This document shows, piece by piece, positions 48,101 through 55,900 of a stretch of DNA of 64,000 nucleotides. The translations under genes were made by a program, and so were the position numbers. The DNA is taken from assembly GCA_000002435.2 (NCBI GenBank), contig CM018790.1; one strand, written 5' to 3'. Below the pieces are notes generated by a model, which searched no databases, was not told the origin of the DNA, and saw only the letters and a program-made list of their open reading frames with translations. This stretch comes from Giardia intestinalis. Taxonomy: Eukaryota. Within the stretch, counting starts at the first letter, position 1, and every line of letters starts with the position of its first letter.

Positions 48101-50479
48101 AGGAGACACGTTGTAGATGTGCTTCTCTGACCCTGGCTGCGGGATCAGAAAAGGCAGGTTGGCAAGAAGAAGATCCTCGGGCTGGCTTACTTGTGACATG
48201 TAAGATTGACTCAGGTCTGCCAGCCGTTTGCAGTTTTCTAGAGTCTGGAGTCTTTCTGCACAGGCCTTCGGGTTTTGGGCGCCAGAAAGCAGGACCAGCG
48301 CGCATTCTCTTTGGATAAAAGCCTCCATTTGGTGGAGGTGCGCGGCTATCTTGCTGATATTCACCAAAGCCCCCGGAAGCGTGTTAACGGATAACGCGCG
48401 CATGTCGCTGATGAGTTTCACTAGCGCGGGGTCATCCGACAGGTGGAAGTTCGAGTTGGCAGGAAGGTCCACGACAGACATTAGCTGCCTGAGCAAATAT
48501 TCCTTGACACTGTCTGGAGAGAGGGTGAGAGCACCGGTTGTCTGGTTGATTCCGATCGGGGTGGGCAAGGGGGTTAGCAGAGAAAGGTCAGAAGACAGCG
48601 CGCCACAATACTTGGCTGCAAGTACCTTCGCCACGCATCCAGTCCAATACTGCACAACCGTGAAACCGCACGGCTCCGGTAAGTTGGCAATGAAGCCCGA
48701 GATGAGGTTTTTCAGAGAAGACATTGCCTCGGTCCAGCGCAACTGCCCAGAGATCAGGGACACTCTGGATATAGACACGAGGATATCCATACCCTTCTTG
48801 TGGAAGTCGTCTAGTTTTCCCAGGCTCTCCTTAAACCGGGCATGGATCTTCCGGATGTGCTCACTAATCTTAGCAAAACGAGGTACAGGGTTAGAGGGAT
48901 CCTGCGAGCTCTCGGCAGATGCAATGTCACATGTGATCTGCTGGAACGGCTGGATGTTTGATTGTTGGATTGCCTTCTGTAACTCCGTGTCATAGACCTG
49001 AGCGGCTTTAAGAATGGTGGGCTTTTGATACGGACGGATGATCTGAGAAAGTTCGTTGTAGAAGGCTGCCGCGCTCTGCAAAGTAGCGACATAGGGCGTG
49101 AGATAGGTGACGAGCTGCATGCAAGAAACAACCTCCGCGGGAAGCGCAAGCTTCTGCGGATCATACCCCAGGCCAGAAAGGAAAGTGACGAGGGCGTGGA
49201 CACCCAGCATCTTCTCAGGAAACTGGGCCACCATGTGCTTTTCCTTATTCATGTAAAGAAGCAGAATGCAATTAGGCTGCGCAGACATGGTTGAAAACCC
49301 GTTTCCAGGAGACTCGGCAAAGAGCGCGATGGATCCTTGTATGGACTTCATATATGCAGAGAGCAGCTGTCGGGCACTACGCACCGCGTCCTCTTCTGCA
49401 GTCTTGAAAAACTCAACACTCGACTGGACAGACGAGGAGAAACTTGCCAGGCTAGATACATCGGCTCCGCAGAGATCCTCCATGAATGGAAGGAGATTGG
49501 TGCTACAGGCGTTTAGGATCGATCTAGTCTGTCTTATCGTATTCAGCCTCACCATAGTGTCTGCATGGGTCCCCTCACTTAGAGAACCAAGGGTATTCCT
49601 CGCGCTGGCCATCATGTCATTAAAGGACTGGATTATGTTGGCGACGATAGTGCTGTTTGCGGGCCGCAGTGCGTCCCTGATCGACGGGCGCTTAAAGAGA
49701 AAAGAGATCTCCGGAAATATGAAAAAGTGAGAACCAAGTGTATTCGGGTTCACAGAAGAAAGGAGCGCTAATATCTTCGTGGCAACGGGGCCTTCAAGCT
49801 TCTCCAGCCTTTTATCAAAGTCTTGCAGGATGGCAGTCAAGGTCTCTGTATGCGAGAAGAATGTGTCTGGAATAAAAAGGGACTCTAGCGCCGGTTGCTC
49901 TTCGGGCAGGAGCTTGTTGATCGCGCTCACGGTACCGTGGAGAGCGTTAAGTCCGTCGACTCTGGCCTGAATGTCTTGAATGTCCGCATCCAGGCCCGCA
50001 TCACTGACAAAGGATTGAAACGCCGGGTCACTGAAGAACAGAACTGATTGCTCGATGAGAGTAGCGCTTTGACTCAGCAAGGAGCCTGCGAAGACAGACC
50101 CCAAATAGGTCCGCAGTCCTCGGACAAGCTGCGGGGCAAAGACACGCCGCAGGAAGTCGGCCTTTCGTGCATAGGGCGGGTCCAGAGCCGAGAGAGAATT
50201 GGAGGCCTCAGTGGCGGCTGGGAGGGAGGTCAGAGGCGTCTTGCAGGCCTCTTCCATGATCTTAAGAGTCCGCAGTATTAACTGTGCTCGCTCGCCGGCA
50301 AAACCCGGCTGTTTGCTCAGGTTCGTGTAGAGACGATACTCGCTCTGAAAGGAGACCGGAGACCCGTCAGACTCCGATGTCGGCACCCTTTCGGCTTGTT
50401 CCAGGAAAGCCATGATCTCCTCGTCAGGCTCCTGGCCGCCTGCACGAACTTGGGAAAGATACTTCGAGAGAAGATCCAT
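36158..50479 (-). CDS. Dynein heavy chain (4773 aa); the AAA1 region is most similar to cytoplasmic dynein-1 heavy chain
   Basis: Single ATG ORF. AAA1 reads '[98 protein letters not shown]'. This tracks human DYNC1H1 'TPLTDRCYLTMTQAL...[43 protein letters not shown]...[26 protein letters not shown]' better than axonemal 'GTGKTETTKDLAKALAK'. AAA2 has the P-loop 'GGTGSGKS'. A tail of about 1950 aa precedes AAA1. The total length fits the family. Confidence 0.85.
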   Translation of the reverse strand: [4773 protein letters not shown]

Positions 50480-51304
50480 GGTATTTTTTAGGGAATTTTG
50501 CCTATGCCTCTTTCGGCTGGCTCTGTGGTAAGATCGCTCAGCCTAGTGGCAAGCGGGGAGCCACAAGGTAAAGAAAGGTAGGTGCGGGATGCTCTGGTAG
50601 CCCTAATGTTGAGGACGGAAGCGTTGCAGGGCTTGCTTGCAAGAAAGATCGAGTAGCAGCTCTGCTCTAGTGGGACACATGTTATGGCATGCTAAAGGCT
50701 GAATTCAATAAACCGATCATCGTGTGTACTGATGGTGGTTTGTATGTAAGTATATGCAAACTGCGGTTCACTATAGAAGTCAGCGCGTGGAAGCATCTAG
50801 AACGCGATCCGATGTTTCAATACGGTTCGCTCCAGACTGAATCAATGTCCCCCTTAATCACTGAACGAATTCCATACCGCAGGCGTGCCGTTGCCTCCCA
50901 GTTTCTACTGGGTCTTATGCTGTTCACCTTCGGAGTAAACTCGGAAATGCCATGATCTAGGCAGCTGACTGTCGAAATACCTGAATGAAAGCCCTTGTGT
51001 TCTTCGAGCGAGACCGACGCTGCAACACAATGAGATGCTTAGTGCGTGTTGTAAGGCTCCACTCTGACAGTAGGAGCTGCTGTGATAAGTACAGACCCTC
51101 GGGCAGCTGTCAGGCCTCTAGGTAACAGCGAGCGACCAAATGTTGGCGGATGGACATCCGCTGCTGCCTTGTCGACTCCTCGTCGGTATAGGGGAGATGG
51201 ACCGATCGGGTGACCCATAGGAGCGGCCAGGTCGCAACGGCGAGTGTACCAATCGTGTGCTTCTCAATCGGTTAAATAATCTCTTTGTTTTGCTATCCAG
51301 GGTT

Positions 51305-52945
51305 ATGGAATCGGACGATCTGCAAGGTACATGGAGCGGTGTGATCGAGGAGAAAGAGAGGGATGGCATCCTGAACGCCATGGGGTCGCCGTGTGGGCAG
51401 GGAGCTTGCTCTGTCATCTACACCCTCGACGCTCTCCCCGGCGAGGTACTAAAGGAGATTCGCACTGATATGCTTCCGAGTCATGTCCTAGAGGGCATGG
51501 AAGCGGCACTCTGCACACTGTCCCGTCTGAAACACCCCAACCTTCCTGAGTGCAAGAGGGCATTCAGGGTCTCCGACTACCTTTATCTTCAGGTGACACG
51601 CTATCACGGGTCTCTGGAGTCGCTCATGAGACTCTACAGACGCAGGAAGCAGTCCATGCCTCGCAGACTGATCCTGGAGGTGGTTCATCAGATTTCCTCT
51701 GCGCTTGCATACCTTCATGATCCAGACAAGACCGATCCAACTGGTGCTTACTTGCCGATGCTTGTCCACGGAGGCATCAAGCCTGCAAACATTCTGGTCG
51801 ATCGAGCCGAAACGCACTTTGTCCTTGCAGATACGTGTGTCTCAACAGAGGCGTTTCGCAGGCACTTATCTATGTATGCGCCACCAGAGGTCCTACTGGG
51901 GGAAGAGCCCACTCCAGCTTCCGATCTCTGGAGCCTTGGAGCGGTGCTTTACGAGATGAGCACAGGCAGCAAGCCCGTTGCTCCAGACGGTAGACGGGTC
52001 AATGAACTCCTTGAGAAGGGGTTGACACCAGACCTCTCGGGGGTCAAGGACGTGGTTATCCGCGGAATCCTCGAGCATATTCTTGTGCTCGATCCAAGGG
52101 AGCGGATCTCCGCCCGGGAACTCGCATGCATCGTTGATCTGGATGCCAAAGAGCTTGCGCTAGTGAGCCTTCTAGAAACCAGGTCTTTGAAGAAGGAGGT
52201 GCGCGTGTTCCAGGAGCAGCTCGCCGTCATGCAGCGCTCGACTGCCTCAAAAACTGCTTCTCGCCCAGTTATCTCCAGTCTGCTTGGAATGACCGAACTG
52301 ATGCAGGCCTCCGCGAACGGAGACACGAACGCTGTGCGTGCACTGGTCGACGCTGGCTCAGATCTCCGTGCGAAGGGACCCTCGGGGATGACTGCCCTCA
52401 TGCATGCCTCCAGCCATGGCCATGTGGCAGTGGTGAGGCTCCTTGTGGACCACGAGGCCCAGATGCAGGACGATAAGAGCAGGACCGCTCTAATGCTGGC
52501 CGCGCAGAACGGGCGCGTCAATGTCCTGCGCATTCTGTTAGAGCACGAGAGTTGCATGCAGGATAGTGACGGCTGGACCGCTCTGATGTACGCGGCTCAC
52601 TGGGGGCACCTAGAGGCCGCACAGCTGCTTCTGAGACACGAGGCCAAGATGAAAGATAGGCGCTGCCAGACCGCTCTCATGCTCGCAGCCGGCAATGGGA
52701 ATATCCCCCTTGTGCGTCTCCTTGACCCTCTGGAGGCGGGATTCCAGGACAAGGCCGGTCAGACTGCCCTTATGAGGGCTGCAAGCAAAGGACATGTTGG
52801 TGCGGTTCAGCTGCTACTGGAGCACGAGAAGGGGCTGTGTGATGCTACTGGGAAGACGGCCTTGGGATGGGCGAGCGAGTTCAACCGCAGCGATGCTGTC
52901 CGCATCCTTGAACTGTGTCTCCAGGAGAGCACTGCGCCGCCCTAG
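51305..52945 (+). CDS. NEK-like protein kinase domain fused to C-terminal ankyrin repeats; predicted catalytically inactive (pseudokinase)
   Basis: The track start at 51257 is a GTG; the first ATG is 51305 (MESDDLQ). Kinase features are 'VLKEI' (beta3 Lys), 'HGGIKPANILVD' in place of HRDxKPxNIL (catalytic Asp lost), 'ADTCVS' in place of DFG, and 'APPEVL'. At least six ankyrin repeats follow (ALMHASSHGHVAVVRLLVDHEA; ALMLAAQNGRVNVLRILLEHES; ALMYAAHWGHLEAAQLLLRHEA; ...). Kinase-plus-ankyrin is the characteristic Giardia NEK architecture. Confidence 0.75.
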   Translation: MESDDLQGTWSGVIEEKERDGILNAMGSPCGQGACSVIYTLDALPGEVLKEIRTDMLPSHVLEGMEAALCTLSRLKHPNLPECKRAFRVSDYLYLQVTRYHGSLESLMRLYRRRKQSMPRRLILEVVHQISSALAYLHDPDKTDPTGAYLPMLVHGGIKPANILVDRAETHFVLADTCVSTEAFRRHLSMYAPPEVLLGEEPTPASDLWSLGAVLYEMSTGSKPVAPDGRRVNELLEKGLTPDLSGVKDVVIRGILEHILVLDPRERISARELACIVDLDAKELALVSLLETRSLKKEVRVFQEQLAVMQRSTASKTASRPVISSLLGMTELMQASANGDTNAVRALVDAGSDLRAKGPSGMTALMHASSHGHVAVVRLLVDHEAQMQDDKSRTALMLAAQNGRVNVLRILLEHESCMQDSDGWTALMYAAHWGHLEAAQLLLRHEAKMKDRRCQTALMLAAGNGNIPLVRLLDPLEAGFQDKAGQTALMRAASKGHVGAVQLLLEHEKGLCDATGKTALGWASEFNRSDAVRILELCLQESTAPP

Positions 52946-52951
52946 TCCATA

Positions 52952-55900
52952 ATGTGTTCTGTCAGGATGTCTCCTCTCCCGTTTATCGTCCTTTGCACGC
53001 GAGAGCCCCTCTTCATCGTCTTTTCGCTCACCGGAAACATGGCCATCTCCGATCCCTTCCGGCTCCAGTCCCCTGGGACGTGTCTGTTCTGGCACGAAGC
53101 ACGGTCCCGGCTCTACATAGGCCACGCATCTGGCAATGTTAGCATTTACGCGCTGGCCTACGAAAGGGACCCAGACGCCCCACAGTTTGCTGACGGGATA
53201 AACCTTTCAGAAGACCCCAGCAACACGGGGAACTCCAGGCAGCCCTCTCTGGCCAGCACCACCGTAGATGCTGCCATGCAGATCCTCGGAAAGAGCCGCT
53301 CCTTCGACTCGCTGACGCGGGAGGAGCTCTTGAAGGTGTACCCGGAGCTCCGGTCGTCGTTGATAGACGTCTCCAAGAGCACCGCGGAGGCGCTGCAGAG
53401 GTCCTCCCAGGAGAAGGAGCGGCTCCGAGGGAAGTCCAAGCAGCTCATCGCCATGGCCTCCGAAGACCTTGAGGTCGTGAGCCTCATCACATCGCAGATC
53501 TTTGACGCCGGGCAGAGCACGCTTCTCAGCCACGGGATCAAGGAGACGCAGCTCATCGCCGACGACCCCCTGGCCTTTGTCAAGGCGACCGTGGCCCCAG
53601 ACCCCGTCGCCGCGGCAACGCACGAGAAGCGCCACGGGGGCGTGCATCTGACGATCCGTGCCGAGTTCGTCACCACCAAGTATGTGGTCGCGGGGAGCGT
53701 CAGGTGCATGGACGCCGGGCGCGGCCAGTGGGAGGAGGCCATGGCAGACGACCTGTTTCGACTGGCCGTCGTGGGCTCCGATGCCGCGCTCGTCATTCTG
53801 GACGAGGACCTGGGGGTCGTCTGCACGTTCTCGGACTTGCACCCGGAGGGGATCATGCGGTGCTACGTCGTCATCGATCACATCACAACCATTGGCTTCA
53901 GCAACGTCTACCAGATTGGCCCGGAGGCGGTCCGCTCCTGCCACTTGGGGATGGCCGTGACAAAGGAGGAGCTCGAGGACGACCCTGCCCGGGTGGACGG
54001 CGAGGACGATAGGCGCGGGAAGAGGAGGCGCGAGGCCGTGCAGGTCTCTGACAAGAGGCTCGTGAAGGCCAACCTCGTGAAGTCCGCGCACCTGATCACC
54101 CTTGTCCAGCCGCCCAGGCCGGGCAAGCCTATTCTGGCGTCGTTCGCTTTCGGGAACGTTATTGGCGTTATTGACCACGACAACGTGGTGACCCTCATCC
54201 ATGCACTGACGGGCGCGCACATCACGCGGATCGACATCGCCATCAACCTGCACGGAGTCAAGGTCGGCACCGGGGTCTATAGCCGCAAGCACGACTTCGG
54301 CTACATCCCCTTCGGGCGCCGGCTGTTCGTCCTCAAGGTGGTTGCCAACGAGGAGCTGGCCAAGGAGCAGGTGGTCTGGGACTTTGAGGACGCGAAGCGC
54401 GAGGAGGAGCAGCGGGCACTGGGCAAGCGCAGGCCGAAGGAGCTGATCAAGCACGCGCCCGAGCATCTTCCCCTGGGGTCTATCAGCAAGGAGTGCGCCG
54501 GCGTTGTCGTCAACCAGCGCATGAACGAGCTTGGCGCCGTCACAGGCCCTGGGGAAGTGACGATCTTTTCGCTCCTTACCGGCCGGCCGTCCAGGATCTA
54601 CGACATTGCAAGGATCTCCAAGACGCTTCTGGAGGGCCGAGACGGCACAGGCAGCGGTGGCGATGACCCACAGGATTCCGTACTGGGTTCGGAGTATGCA
54701 AGCATCGAGACGTGCGACCTCTCGAAATTCTACGCAGAGGGCCAGAGCGAGGTGACGGAGGCCGATCTCCACTTTTCCACTCCAGACGACGAAGCCCGAT
54801 ACAGGACGCTCCACAAGCCACCGCAGATCCTCAGCCAGATCCCCAGCGCCCCCGACGCCCCCCAGTCTCTGCTCGACGCCCTCGGGCGGCGGATTCTGTC
54901 CCTCGCCGTCGACAGCAAGGGACGCGTTCTTTACGTCATAGGAACCCACGGTGCAGTGACACTTTACTGGAAGACCGGCTCTCTCTTCGACATATCCAAC
55001 GTTGGGATTACCGGCCGGAGGACATGCGAAGACGACATTGACATCGTCGACAACCCGTTTGATGGCCAAAGACTGGGCGACGCACAGAGGGAGCCTTCTG
55101 CAGGGGCCGACTCGCACATGTCGTCCGGAGCTTCTTCGTACAGCCTGGGGCTCAATCTGTCTCAGATCATCGTCAAGGCCAACAACGCAGCCTTTGTGAG
55201 ACAGCTGCTTTCCGACAAGTCGATAATGCGCGCGCAAATCTTAGCCACCGACAGAGCGCGCGGCCTTCTCTTCCTCTGCGACAACCTCAACCCGCAAATT
55301 GTGCGCGCCATAGACATGAAGCCGAGCCACGAGTACGTGAACAGGATAGGGCTGTCGAGGCAGCTGACAACCTTCGACATCTTTTTTGCAGGAGGAGCAG
55401 ACCACTTTGCAAGGGCACGGCAGCAGCTCGCGGCGTTCTTTTCGTCGAAGCCCGTATTTGTAGGCGCAGACGACCTCTCTTCAAAGCCGGAGGTTGTAAG
55501 ACGCTTTTGCCCCGAGTTCCTGTGGGCCCGAGATGTCTCTTCAGCAGGACAGCCGAATCAGGCGCCGTCTCCGATCCAGAAACTGCTCTGCGACGTTCTC
55601 TACACCGGGCATGCAAAGAAGGCTCGAAGTGACTCGTACGTGACGTGCATTGATGCCTCGGAGGAGCTGTCTCTGCTGGCCATAGGCACGTCTGACGGCC
55701 GGATTCTCGTCCACGACACGATGTCTGTCAAGCTGCTGCAGCAGGGGGTGATCCAGCCCCCGACAATCCCGTCTGTTGGCTCCCCCATAACGGCCCTCTG
55801 CTTCCTGGGACAGTGGCCCCTTCTGTTTTCTGCGTCGGCCTCTGGCGCCTGCTACATCCACGCGGTCCGCTCGCTGTACCCGAACTTTTCGCTCGTCTGC

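Noticed and set aside
36158-50479. Calling the dynein an axonemal outer/inner-arm heavy chain because of the ciliary neighbours
   Set aside because: Eukaryotic gene adjacency is not functional evidence. The AAA1 sequence context (GTGKTESxKALGxxLGR, CFNCDxxxxxxxxxRxxxG) tracks cytoplasmic dynein 1 more closely than axonemal consensus. The subtype is left as cytoplasmic-like pending phylogeny.
53207-55237. 676-aa antisense ORF opposite the WD-like gene, plus dozens of shorter ones from 53.1 to 57.9 kb
   Set aside because: This is a high-GC3 sense gene. Open antisense frames are expected under that composition. There is no domain signal and the amino-acid composition is skewed to R/G/A/P.
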